The notes beneath the pieces were generated by a model, which had not been told where the DNA came from, ran no database searches, and saw only the letters and a program-made list of their open reading frames with translations. A DNA stretch of 64,000 bases from Phoronis australis (taxonomy: Eukaryota; Animalia; Phoronida), in contig NMRA01000242.1 in NCBI GenBank assembly GCA_002633005.1, positions 532,868 to 596,867 on the forward strand, in the 5' to 3' direction. The translations under genes were made by a program, and so were the position numbers. Below are positions 1-13,603 of the stretch, piece after piece (within the stretch, counting starts at the first letter, position 1; every line of letters begins with the position of its first letter).

Positions 1-1023
1 AAAAAGCGTCTAAATGCACTTTACTATTTAGTGATCGGATAATAGAGTTTTTTCCTATTCAGGCTTCAAATTAATTCCCTGGATCGTAATCATTTCTTAC
101 AAGATTAGCTTGTAATTGCCAACAATCCACTATTAACCTGTCGGTTTTCGTAGATACACAAACTTGTAAATCAGAAACCAACGAATTTGTTGATCAAAAC
201 GGAATGTTAAAGGCATTGTCCCCATGCTCGCAGATTTTTGACGGGTAACCGGGGGAAAATGGGAGATTAGGGGTAAGGTGTACTTTTGGTCCTTTCCGTG
301 GTACCTATAACGGTTCACAAGTTGAACTTGAGCTAAAAAAAGCTGAAAATTTTGTTTATTATTGCGAGTATATGAGTACATTCGTTCGACATGTACATTG
401 TCAACCCAATGGTAGTCTCGACAGTAGTGTTTTACACATGTGGGAAATCCTTGCCAACAACTCAGAGTAACCATTTTCAAAAGAGACACTATTCTACTGA
501 TGCTATGGAAAACAATAACATTATTCTATAACTAACCATCGGAAATAGGCCTTTTTATGCAATTCGCAAATAACAGTCTTCAAGTTCTTCAAAATTCCAC
601 GCTTTCGGAAGCGGTCAATCCTATTGTATTTTTTCACATTTTTGGTTGTTTGGGTGGAATGTCTTGCTACTGCTGTGCTGTTCACGAATCCTGTGTTTTT
701 GATGAATTTGGAATCTTAACTTCTCTCGTGAATACTTGGCAGTGTCGGATTTACATGAATAGAGGGTCAAAGGGAACTATCTCCGAACTGCTCCACCGAG
801 GGAGGGTCCCGTCTGAAATGGGACACTTTAATTATGAAAGGCTAAGCATCATTAAGTTTGGAAAATAGTGACAGTTCTTTCCACCGTCGTGTGGTCACAA
901 GACGGTACAGGAAGTGATCTTCTTCAACATAAAAGTGGGTTGCACGACTTCACAAAAAAACAGGAAACTAGACGTAATCGAGTCCAACTTTGGGCCCTCT
1001 ATCCGTGGTTAAACATGACAATA

Positions 1024-1737
1024 TTTTTCTGGGCTTTATCTTAAATTTTATAGTTTTGTGCCTATCCAGTACAAGACAGGTCTAGTCAATTGCTTGTTAC
1101 ACCGTGCCTGGAGAATCTGCTCCACCAATTTAAATTTTGATAGTGACGTAGCTATGATTTTCCAGTTATTGCGTTCCAATAGTTACCCTCTGAATTTTCT
1201 GAATAGCTGTAAAAGGCACTTTCTTTCAAAAATGAATGAGGCGGATAAGATAGCTGTTATTGGACCCGAGAAAAAGAAAGTTTTCTTTTCTCTTGGTTAC
1301 ACCGGGCCAAGTAGTATAAAACTGAAAGTCAATTATTTCGCATTATTCATTGTTTATACCCAGCAGTTGAACAGATAGTTGTTTTCAAACCCCTTCGGAA
1401 ACCTTCCAATATGTTGTGTAAACTGAAGTCACCCATCCCTTTATTGAACAAGAGCAATGTTGTGTATAAGGTTGAATGTGACAACTGTAAGGAATTCTAT
1501 ATAGGACTCACACAGAGACGCCTCTGTGACAGGTTGAAAGAACATCACACCTCAGAGAAAAGTAACATGTATAGGCATTGTATTAGATACAATCACCAAG
1601 CCAACTCTGTTAGTATTATCTGCAGAGAACCTAATAAGGAGTTACTGTACATTAAAGAGTCATTGGCCATTCAGAACCAGTATGCCACTGATTCTCTGAA
1701 TAACATGCAGAGCTCAGTGACCCTGCAGCTATGGTGA
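1024..1737 (+). mobile_element. Penelope-like retroelement (PLE) 3' fragment: RT C-terminus plus GIY-YIG endonuclease, frameshifted
   Basis: ORFs 1058-1378 (YKTGLVNCLLHRAWRICS...LLRSNSYP) and 1411-1737 (NVVYKVECDNCKEFYIGLTQRRLCDRLKEH...IKESLAI...LNN) match the PLE RT-thumb and GIY-YIG pattern. They are joined by a frameshift near 1330-1410. Confidence 0.9.
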
Positions 1738-1840
1738 TGACCAGCTACTGACCATATTCTATGTATCTCTCACTTCAGTTTATGGATGTTACCTGAGCTG
1801 TATGTTGGCACTTGTTATCCTATAGTAAATTGTTGTAAAT

Positions 1841-1882
1841 ATGATCCTGATGATATCTAATGAAAAGACGAAACGTTGCATT
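1841..1882 (+). ncRNA. Degenerate minimal hammerhead ribozyme motif in the PLE 3' region
   Basis: CTGATGA (1847-1853), a short stem tct/aga, then GAAACGTT (1870-1877). It lies about 110 bp after the GIY-YIG stop, where PLEs are known to carry HHRs. The stems are imperfect. Confidence 0.6.
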
Positions 1883-3174
1883 GAAAATTAACTTTTTTTA
1901 TTTTTGCGGCGATCGTCCGGTTTTTGATCACTTTGGTCTCGTACCTGATGTACACCGATACCTAGCTAATACTCGTGTGATCTAAGTAGCTTTCATGTAT
2001 TTTATGTCTACCGGAAGCATTGTTTGAATAGTATCATGGATTATGATATGTGCTCACCAGTGAGTGCTTTGGAAAATGAAAAAGGCTAATTTTTATAAGA
2101 TGAGGGACTATACAAAAGGGCCACGGATTTTGCGTTAACCGTGAATCTATAAACTGCGTTTGTTTCCTAAAAGAGTGAGGATTCAATACGCAACTGAGTC
2201 TTTGCACGCAACGTACTACTAAATCGCGGGTACGCGATTAGAGTCTGCTAAGTCGGGAGCGAATTTTTACAATCGGAAGGTTTGGCCGATTTCAACGCGA
2301 GGCGAAAATGGCTACGAACAGATGTCAAAGTTAGCGACATTGGTTTTGTCTCGCCGTAATTTTGCAATAACTGCTGACATGGGAATGGTTTATATTTTCA
2401 CAACTAAGATTTCCTTATTAAACGATCTATCTCAAGAAGGATATTTTCGTCTTGAAAGAGGGTTCGTCCTTTTTCCCAGGGTCACAAGAATAGTGAAGTG
2501 TCCGCCGGTAAACTCATTAGGCCTAATAGAAGTTTCCAATGAAGCTTATCATGTATGCGAAAAACATTTTTAAGAATTCTACAGAACAAATTGAAAACAA
2601 TATCATACTGGAGAATTTCTGTTTGCTCACCACGTTGCTGTGCCCGCGCATGAACAGCGGTAGGCTGGTCCATTTCAACAAAAACTTAAATGATCGACGA
2701 TTTTTTTCGCTTGTACAGAAGGCAGCAAAAGGAGGACAGGGGTGGCACCAGTGGCAAAGGTTTAAGTATTCTAGATGACACAGTCCTGAATATTTGTAAC
2801 AATGTGAGGGGGGCCGTTTCGAGCTGTAAACACAACTGTTCCCAAGTGAAGTTGGTCATTGATTCAGGCGCAAGGTCTTAATTTGCAAGGGTTGCTTATT
2901 TTCGCGAGGCCTTTACTTCTAGCTTGATCTCATGGATAATGATTTGGAGCATTGTATCTTGACCCTCTTTGTTCGAGAAAGTGCCCTTACGGCAGCTGGT
3001 ATATTGAGATTTTCTAAATTTCTCCAACTTTCGCATGCCCTCGCTTAATTTCTATGGGTGTTGGTTTCCGAAATTACAAGATGGCATTTAGAATAGGCAA
3101 GTGGCACTGCGCACAAGACATTGAAAGATAAGCTACGAATTTGGACAGGACAGCTGAATTTTGAGCTCAATGCT

Positions 3175-3421
3175 CATACGCGCACCCAGCCTTTAAAATG
3201 GGGGCTCGACTTTCTGACGATGTGGATCTTTTACTAATAAAAAAGCGGGAGGACTAAATAAAAACAGGGTACCACGTTCAGAACTCTGAATTGTGTGTTT
3301 GCGCCTATTTAGGGGACTTTCTTCACGTTGTTCACGGACTTCTTGTTTCTCCGAGGCGGACCTTTTTGCCCACTTCGCCAAATGGGGGAGCTCCTTCAAG
3401 CCCCCCCTGGGTGCGCGCACG
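3175..3421. mobile_element. CA...TG-type MITE with 5-bp TSD (related to 7871-8100, opposite orientation)
   Basis: TIRs catacgcgcacccag / ctgggtgcgcgcacg; flanks atgct / atgtt. The interior is the reverse complement of the 7871-8100 interior. Confidence 0.7.
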
Positions 3422-3792
3422 ATGTTTACTTTTTATACTTCAGTCAAAAAAGCCATTCACAAATAGTGAAACTGCTTGGTTGCAATTTTGCCATTCACAG
3501 GCATTTGGTACGCATTTCAATAAAAATATAGTGCATTGCGTTTATTCACCTAAACACGGTCTCACGGTCTCAATCTCATTTGAGACAGGCCAAATACCAA
3601 AACAAGAACTCATGCAGTGGCCTGTAATTTAACACGAAACTTGTAGTGAAGCTTACAGAAAACAACAGCTTTGCATAAAATTACCTTTCTTTTTCTTCTT
3701 GCCGAGAGATCATCGTCAGATTGCTGTTTTCTTTTTCTTTCTTCGTCCTCTGCCTTTTCAAAGAGATACGTTTTGTCGGAACGTCTGGAGGA

Positions 3793-3900
3793 GGTTGCAG
3801 TGTGGCCTGGTTGATAAGTGCCCGCTTTCTTTACTCGAGGTCGTGGGTTCGAGTCCCACCAGGTCACACTGCTAAACCCTTGAGCCAGGTTTCTAGCTCC
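3793..3900 (+). mobile_element. tRNA-derived SINE head
   Basis: A-box-like tggcctggttg and B-box ggttcgagtcc, without a proper acceptor stem, followed by a SINE-like ccttgagccagg segment. Confidence 0.65.
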
Positions 3901-5099
3901 TCAGCTCGGTTTTAACCATATATTAATAAAGCATAAAAATATTTCCAGGTGATCAGTGCAATGGGCCCACATGCGAGGCCTGCGCACGTCTGGTACAACG
4001 TGTATCAGACCGCCGGCAATTATTATATATGTCGGAACGTCTGGATGACTGTGAAAATCTCTTTCTGCTCTTTAAGTTTTATTTGAGCTTTAACAATTCC
4101 CCCGAGACAAGAAAAACGAGTATAACGCAGCGCTTTCTCACAAACCGACTTCTTGTCTTTAGTGGGGGAAGCAAATGTACCTCAGTTTTCGCGCAACGCC
4201 GTCTCTACGGTCACGCCTCCGTATTTCAGTGTCCTTAGGAGGCCTTTTGGCCTTTTAAAAGGTTCGTTGCAAGACATGCAACGTCTCTCACCGTCCATGT
4301 TAATACTGATCTGAATTGTTTCAACGTGTATAAATGTCTTAATTTGTAAGTCAGTATTATCGTGTTATCGTTGGTCTGCAAGACAAGAACAGTGACAGGC
4401 TATGTATTTAAAGACCACTTAATGAAATGGTTCAGTCGACTTTCGTACGAGATCATACATAAATTTATCAATTGGCAGGTAGATAATGACACTGAACAGA
4501 CACGTTTAGAAATAATACATTAGAATAACGTGCATAAAACTAGAAACTTATCAGTTACGTGTTGCAAACTGGGAGAAATTATAGTCCTAGGTTGCAAATG
4601 GCGGATAACGAATCATCCGGAACCCTAACTTAAAACCTTACAAACATTAAAATGTCAATTGTGTGCACAAAGACGACTAAATGTCACATCAAAGGCATTT
4701 ATTTTTATACAAACAATAATTCATTAAATACAATTAGTTTCAAGTAACGCCAATTAAAGACAAGTAATGGCGGCCCGCTAAGACATTGCCGTGGCATTTT
4801 GGAAACAAACATTCGATTGAAAAGACCGCAATTTCTCACCTTTGGCCTATTTAAAAGATTGAGGTCATGACGCCATGTCACCTACCGGGCGCGGTAAAAC
4901 TTGGAGCGTGTGCAGTGTAAAAATGTTGAGTTCATGATTTTAGGAACTGAACGAGAGGCTGCTCGAAGAAAAAGTTTGATAACGGGAGTATTTGTTCAAG
5001 TTGGAAGGAATTAAACACATCGACAACCTCCTAAGGTGTCTCTCTATGCGCAAAAGTATTTATAAAAATATGACTTTGATGTTTTAGTCGGTGCGAGGC

Positions 5100-5680
5100 A
5101 TAATTCGCAGAAAAGCTTCCGGCGTATGGAGCCCCTATAGGAGCTTCATCGCCTCAACTGGTAGGGCCAGCAGAGGCGATGGTCATTGCCTACCGCCTAC
5201 TAAGCCTACTGAAAGGGATTTTCAATGCCATCGGTCGGAAGCCCTCTGCCGACGACCGATTGAAATTGAAAGCAACTGTGCAAGTGGCAGCTCTATGGCC
5301 GTATTCATGGCACCGGAAACAAACACCGTCAAATCTGGGTAAAGAGTTGTCAGCCCGCACACCAGGAGACTGGCCAGCACCCTGTTGCTCTAAACGTTGA
5401 AAATATTGGTCCTACTTCAAGTGAAACTACCTTCAAGTTTCTCTATTCTTTTAGCCAAGGCATCAATCATAGTGACCATTTTATCGAGTTTATCAAAACT
5501 ATCAAGAGAGTGATGTGACTGCAATTATCTTCTGAGCTCAGTGTCTAAACGACGGGCGCGAACCCGTAGCTCGTCAAATGATTCCCCACTATTGCGTTCC
5601 ACAAAATGCTTTAGACCAAGTTTGACGTCACTTGACTGGAAACCAGACTTAAAGTGTACACAACATGACTCTAGTACCTC
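5100..5680 (-). mobile_element. Ty3/Gypsy gag relic with CCHC zinc knuckle
   Basis: The minus strand reads FKSGFQSSDVKLGLKHFVERNSGESFDELRVRARRLDTE, then GVCFRCHEYGHRAATC (CX2CX4HX4C) at about 5280-5327. The frame is interrupted and is absent from the ORF track. Confidence 0.7.
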
Positions 5681-5794
5681 AAAATAAATTTTATTGTTAT
5701 ATCTTACTTGATTTCAGTGCCTTTAGTGCACAGCTAATAAAGAAACACGCAAAAATTGAAAAATAATAATTATGTACAACGTCATGGGTTGAAC

Positions 5795-6410
5795 CTAAGT
5801 CGTTCGCCATGCTGTTCGGATCAGAGACAAAGTGTATAGAGTGAAGTGAAAGCAAAGTACATTTAGCGTCGAGAAGGTTCGTAGAGGGTTCAAAAGATGT
5901 GTTACCGGAGGCTGCAGCAACAGCAGACAGGCGGAGAACGTCTCGGTGTTCCGAAGGACACCAAAGTTTCGCAGAAGTGGCATCGCTTCGTGCGCCGAAC
6001 GAGAGTGTGGGACCTCATCGTGGACCAAGCGATTCGGTCCGGGGCCACTCTGTGTTTTGCCCACTTTGAGGACTCGTGTTTCGACTCCAGTCAGAGGAGA
6101 TGTTACGATGAAGGCCTGGTTCAATAAAGGGCAATATTTATCATTCAGAAACATCGGCTCATAATTCAGGATCGTCTGTTGGATGACTGGGCTGACTCGC
6201 CGAGCCCGATGCCGCTTCTCTCGCGGGAGGATCCAGTTAGTAAGGCTCAAAGTAGAAAAGTACGCTGCCGGAAGCACATCAAACTTGTTCTCGCTTTCGT
6301 GCAACCCCATTTCCTCATCCTGGCCACCATTCCCGTACGTTTCTTCATAGTATTAATTCAATTCTTGCTCATAATCGTCGTCGCTTTCAAATTCACTGCT
6401 CTCCGCCATT
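5795..6410 (-). pseudogene. Decayed ORF with acidic N-terminus, probably TE-derived, unassigned
   Basis: The minus strand begins MAESSEFESDDDYEQELN*YYEETYGNGGQDEEMGLHESE and runs into ORF 5795-6310. I do not recognise a domain. Confidence 0.3.
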
Positions 6411-7870
6411 GTTCAATGCTAGTCACTGATCTCTTGTGTTCAACCCATGACGTCACATGGCGGGAAATGTGAAAATTGGCAAAATTGAAAGAAAAATCAA
6501 AATTTCGAGCTAATTGCACAAAATAAACATGGTTTTAGCTAAATTTTACGTCATACATTTAGTCTGTGGCCACCGGTAATTGAAAATGTGCAAAAATCCA
6601 TGGTGTGTACTGTTTAAAATGTGATTTTCGCACAAAGGGCAGCGCCTCTTTCGGAATAGTGCATGATCCAGGCTTTTCATTTGAACTACTAATTTCTCTA
6701 AGCGCCCATTGGGTAACGCTTTCATTTTTATCCTATCGAGAACTGTAGAGTTTTTCAACAATTTTCCCAACAGGCAATAGATCACCGTATCTAGAATTTA
6801 ATTTACTAAAAAACTCGTTTACAGGCAAATCAGATTCAAGCAATTCAGAGGCACTGCCCCCCAAAGAGCGCTTGTTTCAGTAAATCATCGTTTTGTAACG
6901 TAACCTGCAAACACTGAACTTCAATGTTGAAAGGAAATGCCTGCGCTATCACTATGAAAATGTGGGTAAGCGAACAAGGTCACTATGAACAACATTATCC
7001 CAGGAGTTCTCACTTGAAGATACATGTTTACTTTCAACACTGCTATAGAGTCGCCGGTCACAGCGGCAGATGACACCATTTTCATTTGAAAAGGAGACAA
7101 CTCGCCTATCAATGAAATCCCCGATGACATATTTTCATCACTTTTAGCGGAACATTCACCGAGAAACGATTCATCAGTCACAGTAGCTTTTGAAATATTC
7201 TATTTGAAATCCTTGAAATGGTTCTTACATACGAAATTAACATACTTGTTGACCAGTTTGTCAGAATCAAAGACTGTGTAAAAGGATAAGCAAACTCACC
7301 AAGTATGCTTAACGCCATTGCGAATTTCATTGGGCAGAAAATTCAGCAACTCACCATCCTCACACATTTGTCACACAGCGAATCCATGGCAAAGAATGAA
7401 ATGCAAAAAACATAAAGAATCTTAGAATCACCCCTATATTGTGAGATAACCTGACCTACTGCATGAAAATAGACTTGTTTATGAGATTAAAACACTCTCA
7501 ATACAAGTCACATCAGTTCACTTTCCTGTAGGGTAGGGCGTCATCCCGAAAAATTCCATTCTTCTTGGCCTGCACGAAGATCTGTTCCCGACACCACCGC
7601 GAACTTGTGACCACGGTAGTAGCAAATTAAGACATTGCCTGTTCATTTGAAAATCCTTACCCGTGCTGCAAGACCCAAATCTTGTAAAGTCACGTGGCAG
7701 TTCAATTTACCAGGCAAGGCCGTATCACGGCCATATTTTGTTAGACGTCGTCACCGAACAAAAGTTATCATAATTTCGAAACACGTTGGGCGTCAAATGT
7801 AACAAAGCAAGTCTCCAATGAACAAAAATGTGTATTTCACCTCGTCACGCATACATTTCAGTTCAGTTAC

Positions 7871-8100
7871 CATGCGCGCACCCACGGGGGGAGGGGGTCG
7901 AACGAGCCCCCATTTGGCGAAGTGGGCAAAAAGGTCCTCCTCAGTGAAACAAAAACTCCGAGAAAACGTGGCAAAAGTTCACTAAAGAGACGCAGAGGCA
8001 CTGTGTACCCCGTTTTTTAGTCCTGCCGATATTTTGTCAGCAAAAGGTCCAAATCGACAGAAATTCGAGCCCCCCCTATTGAAGGCTTTGTGCGTGCATG
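7871..8100. mobile_element. CA...TG MITE with perfect 5-bp TSD (hAT5-like)
   Basis: TIRs catgcgcgcac / gtgcgtgcatg; TSD gttac on both sides. Confidence 0.8.
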
Positions 8101-8729
8101 GTTACGCATGATAACGCTCAATTCCATGTAAGCAAAGGACGGAAACACACCTTCGAAGCCTGTCACTTGCGAAGTGTCCGACACATACAGTCGCGCCCGC
8201 ATGCTCACGTAACAAAGGCGCAATGAGACGCAACAAAGACATTAGCATAAAAATAAATGAAAAACAACAACTAAATAAGCATAACAATAAACGTACAGAT
8301 ACTAACGTCCCGTCACAATATAAAGCATCAGTGTACCTCAAAATGAAATTTCACTGTTATAACTGTTTTCAGACCAGTTAAGTTTAGTTCCTGTGTTAAC
8401 TTGCCAATATTGATGCTAGAAGTCTGATAACAGCTGACATTCAAGGGCTATACATGCTTTTCAAAGCATTTGTTAGGCCCTCTGTCTTGTAAACTGATGG
8501 ATTGTGTTCTTGATATAGTGGGTCTGAAAGGGGCTAGTCGTACACTCAAATTCCAACAAGGCGTAGGCCTACAAAAGAAAAAGGCAACTTTCATCAGTCT
8601 TCCCAGTCCTCCAGCCCTTTATTTAACCATTCGAGACCACACTACCGATAATACAAAGCCAAAATTCCCAGTGAGCTGAGATGTAACCTGCTACACCTTT
8701 ATCAATGCTGATAAATCAGGAACACCAAC

Positions 8730-8785
8730 TGAGAATCGAACCACATGTCTCTAGATTGCCGGTCTAGTGCTCTCACCACTGACCC
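8730..8785 (-). mobile_element. tRNA-derived SINE head
   Basis: The minus strand reads ggtcagtggtgagagcactagaccggcaatctagagacatgtggttcgattctc, giving an A box, an anticodon-like stem-loop and a B box. Confidence 0.55.
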
Positions 8786-10554
8786 GATATCTGTGCAATT
8801 ACTGTTTACAGCCAACTGTTAAGTCATACATCCCATGAGCGGCGATTCCCAGTTGGGGTTCCTGATTTTGCTGTGTTTATTTGATATATTTCATTACTGG
8901 CCAATCTAAGCGTCTACATATTTATTAATGCTCCAACTATCTGCCTTTGGCTGTAGACCTAACTCACGCGGCGGACATTAAAATTCAAAGCGAGGCTCAC
9001 TGTGGTAAACAAAGCGGAAATTTACATTGCGTGAGTTAAATGACCGGTCTTTCGAGTCCAACCTGGTTCTAAAATCTTAAAAATGTGTCGATAATTAACC
9101 AGAGACGTAGAAAAATACATTAGAGAACAAGTCAATGCACCAAAGAGTTGTCTGACGAAAGGGTATAAGTTTTTTTCGGAAAACTAGGTTCGAAACATAA
9201 AAAGTATATATGACCAAACAGCGGCGATCGTCACGGTAATGTTACGAATTAGGTAGCCTATTATGCTTCATGCAGGGTTATGTTTCTTCTTGTAAATTGT
9301 TGATAAAAATGCTTTCCACACAAACCAGGTCACCCGCTTGCATTGTTGACGAGTTGAAGATATATTCAACAGTGGTGGCTCATCGCATTTTGATGTCATG
9401 TGCAATTAGTCACATCTGGTTTAATTTGTTGATCAAAAGTATTAACATCAAGCATATAGCCTATGTACTGGTGAGATAGGGACTACTGAGACTAACAATT
9501 GATTTGTCATTGATCTGAAAGAATAACTGATGTTATTAAATATATTTTTTATTAAAGTAAAAAAACATACTGGTTATTGAAAATAACAATTATTTGACCA
9601 TTTTTTAAATTTTGAAAAAAAAAAAAATAAAAAAGAGCACAGCCTCAGAAATCGCTTTCGCATTATATCCAGGTTCTCATTCACTCCATTGCACATATTC
9701 ACAAGTAATTAACTGACCATCAATTCTGCTTTCATGGTTTTAATAATTCTTATACGTCTATTTCATGTGTTACGTTTCAAATATCAATCTGGACCAAGTT
9801 GAATTTTAAAATTAAAACGCCTAACTCCTTCGTCCAAAGCATAACCTTGTTTTTGAGCTCAATTTCAGTTAACTGCACTGAGCAAGCATAGTTATCATGT
9901 TTCTTCTGGGGCCTCGTTCATCTGCGGAAAGGTGCTTGTGTGCTTTCGTGAGAGGGGCATTTTTTCATCAAGTGAGGGGAAAATCTACCTCCCGATCATC
10001 ATCAATATCACACCCGCCCTGTGCTCTTTCAAATTGTCACCTGAGGGGATACAGGTGATTTGAACTTCGGAGACAACTTTTCAATCACTAGGGGAATTTT
10101 TGGGGCCTCGTGGGGGGAATTTCGGGGGATTTTTTGAGAAGGGAATAGGATATTCGGCCCCAAAATCGAGGGATTGAGGGCCCTGTCTTTTTTTGGAAAG
10201 AAACATGCATCATCTTTCAACCCGTAGTCATGAAAACACAGCTTGGCTGACCAAAGATTCTCCGGTCGTTGCTATGACGCTCGGCAACCGAGATGCGACA
10301 AAATATGATCTAACTTTCAGAAAACATTTATAAATTTTACAGGGACATATTTTCCTTCGTCGCGCGTATGGCAACGACCCAACGCTTCCGAATCTCAACG
10401 TCACCAGGGACAGACAGTTGAGTTTCCGTATTTTTTCTAGCCGTTCAAGCAACGCGGAATACAACCAGTAAGCCAATAAGCCGAGATATCGTAGCGAGCC
10501 TCGTTTTGGAACGCGCCTCCTGTCGGCGTGAATTAGGTCTATACCCTTTGCCTC

Positions 10555-10815
10555 TGAGGAGGTACCATTCATAGGTTATTGTCCTGTAATAATGATATGA
10601 CCATTCCCAAGATCCTACAATTTGAGAACCAGATTTCTCCACTGAAGGACAGGCATCAAATTTGATGCCTTTCCTGCACTCCCACGCCAGTATGTTTTCC
10701 ATTTTCTCGCAACAATCTTCGGTCCACCAACACTGCCCAAGTTTGCTTTCATTTAACCTGAGGCTGTCATCAGTCATCCACTGGTTTGTATTTAAGTGGA
10801 CTAGCCAGCTGGCTA
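10555..10815 (-). repeat. Dispersed repeat with a conserved protein-like frame (paralog at 50660-50897)
   Basis: Clear nucleotide similarity to 50660-50897. Both minus strands translate to related Trp/Cys-rich peptides. Confidence 0.6.
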
Positions 10816-11451
10816 GTAGAGTTTAGAGTCCCTAGTGATAGACGATGCTTTTCTTATAGCAATGAAAATCCACGAATAATTTTGCATTTCAAGGACAAAG
10901 TCTGAAAATTACCTGTAAGTAAATATCCAACCCACGACCATCGAGTGACAAACAGGGTCTATCCAACCACATTTACATTGCACTCAGTGTCAGTCACAAC
11001 ACTGATAGACCTAGGCCAGGACTAGACTACACTGCAGATTTTAGTCGACTAGAGCGCAACGATTATTATCAAATTCAGTACGTAATTTCCCCCAGGTAAT
11101 GGTTTCATCTAATTCTAAGAGTAATAGTTCAGCTCATTCAGGGAGAAGGATCGTCATCAAAATGTTCAAGAAAGGAATAAATTACCTAGCTAAGACGAAC
11201 TTCTCTTCTTCGAAGCAGTACCGGGAAGAGCTGACTTGTTGTCTCGAGTTGCCAAAAGGCCAAACCGCACAGCATAATGGATAACATTCGTTTGTTTTGA
11301 TCATGTAGATTTTAACGAAAATAAAAATAAAAATAAAACTAAAAGGAAAAACATGTACGACCTCATACTTACGAAAAGTTCTAGTATCAGAGAATATGTT
11401 TCAATGGTTTTCATGCAGGTTTATGATGTTTTTAACACGTTTTAAAACGGA

Positions 11452-11600
11452 TCATATGATTTTAACGTAAATAAGAAAAAGCAAGGATTCCAGACCTGAC
11501 CCCTGAAAAACTCCACAAGTGACAGTCCTGAGACCAGAAAGAGTTTTTCCAAGTAAAACGCGTGGTGTGCGACCATGAAAATAATTAATGGGCCTACTCA
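11452..11600 (-). mobile_element. CR1/L2-type LINE RT fragment
   Basis: LRTVTCGVFQGSGLESLLFLIYV is a degenerate version of the GVPQGSILGPLLFLIYIND RT motif. Confidence 0.7.
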
Positions 11601-12828
11601 GTCTACGTACAGTCTTGATTTCAAAGTGATAATTAAAGACTTTAATTGAACCACTATTTAATTTTCTAACCACTTAAGTGACGGGTAGTATGTATCTAGA
11701 ACTGTAAATCTAATCGAAGTTTTTACCCTGACCGGCAAAGCCCAGTTGCGAATAGCGGACACCGATTTCATTTCTTCGAATACCAAGTACCTTTGTGAGG
11801 AACGATTATATCTAATTATAATGATGCTATCTGGATTTTAATTCTGAGAAAAGGTACTCGTCTCTGTCTTGTCTGTTCCAAAATATTGAAAGCTTTGTAT
11901 CGTTGTGATTCGTCGATGATTTCGGTCCAGTGTCTGACTCCAGCTTCTGTGGCGGCCGAAGTAGTGACCTCAAATTATTTGCGTGCCATCCACCAATCCA
12001 TTTTAACTATTGACGTATCCGTGGATTGCATGCATTCTCACAAAATCTTGAACAAGAATAGACACGGCAATTGCTCAGTTCAGGCTGGTACTTTGCATCA
12101 GTTTCACGATATGACGATAAAGATAAGACATTTGTTGATCAAGAAAGTTTTTTTCCTCTAATTTATTACCTAAACGAAATTTGACGTAGCCCTCGCGATG
12201 AGTCAGGGTTGAACTCAGTAGCCGAGCGTTGGCTACGGGAGCTGCGACGGTACTTTACAAACTTATGATTATGCATTAAATACAATTCGTCATATGCAAA
12301 AAACAGGTAAAATTTGGAAAATAAACAATCAAGTTTGTATAAAAAGAACTACATTGGGAATCGAGAATTACCAAACAAAGTAACAACACATTTACGCCCA
12401 CGGTGATGTCCATATGTTTTCAAGGACAACATTCACGAATCGTTCCTGAACTGACACACAGGAACTCAAGTCACGGAAATAGACAGGAAAAGTCGATGAT
12501 TTTCCGATCTCTTCCGAAGTACAAAATTGCATTAAAAAGGCTTTTAGTTTGATAACAGAAAGCATTTGAACATTAAGTCATGTTACATATTACTTAATTT
12601 GGTATGTATTTTTAAGTTTTTGAACTAGATTGCCCTTTGAAATAAGGAATTTAAACGAGTGTAAATGGAATAAAAAAGAGAGGTAAATGCCTCAGGGCTG
12701 AGCCGGCAAGTGATTCTACAGAAGCACACTGGTTTTACCTGGACATTTGTGCTATGGTACATCTTTCTGTTGACGAAGACATCAGTAGCTCTTTGAATTT
12801 TGACGTGGGCGCAATCTATGGCTCCTAA

Positions 12829-13128
12829 CAGGGGCGTATCCAGGATTTTGAGTTAGGGGAGCCAGGGCACGGGAATAAACAGAATTCGCGCGCCCAGCCT
12901 AAAATGTGGGGACGCAGAGGCCTCGAATGTTTGGATGTTTGAGGTTGCGGACCTGCTGACTAAAAAAGGAACGGTAAACGGGGTTTGTTCAGTTTGTTCA
13001 GGGCCTATGCGTTGTTTATTCACCCCCGACTAGCCCCTGCTTTCGCGCACCCGAACTCCCAAATGGTATCTGGTAGAATTTTAGGGGAGGGGGGCATGGC
13101 TCCCTTGCCCCCCCTAAATCTGCCACTG
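12829..13128. mobile_element. CAG-terminal MITE (same family as 25011-25286, opposite orientation)
   Basis: Ends are caggggcgtatccagg ... cctaaatctgccactg. The interior matches the reverse complement of 25011-25286. The TSD is degraded. Confidence 0.7.
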
Positions 13129-13603
13129 TCGAACACGTTCGGGAAACCTGAAATCAAATCAAAAACATCCCACCGACGATGACAGTAGTACTCTATGGAA
13201 CACAAAACCAAACGCACATGTTTTAAGTATACTGGAATGTCATGATTAGAGAAACGCTCCAGCACATGACACAAGCATTACCAGAGAGCATCTGCTACAC
13301 TTTAGACAAAGTCAAATGATTTTTACCCAGATGGCACCCGGTGGATGGGGGTCAGAGCTGCAGTTGAGTTGACATCATTTTATTCCGCCCTGCATAAGCA
13401 ATCCAAAAATTAATATTCTAAGTTGTCCATTGTCTGACACCAAGTTATTTATTTTTGTTTCAAAGCATGATATATGTACAAATATACCGGTGTGCAGGTG
13501 TGATATGTAATACAATTACAGAACCAGCGAAAAAAGATGAATTAAATTCAAACGTCCAAAATTGACACAAAAATCATCCAACGTTGCAAATGACAGTCTA
13601 TTG

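Noticed and set aside
133-868. ORFs 133-489 and 557-868, and most other short ORFs in the track
   Set aside because: No recognisable motifs or splice-supported structure; consistent with chance ORFs in intronic or intergenic DNA.
3793-3870. Functional tRNA gene
   Set aside because: A and B boxes are present but the acceptor and anticodon stems do not pair properly, and a SINE-like tail follows. The same applies to the heads at 8730, 56200, 58700 and 60900.
7200-7390. Possible PHD remnant on the minus strand (WIRC..., FVCK)
   Set aside because: It needs several frameshifts and is too degraded to support.
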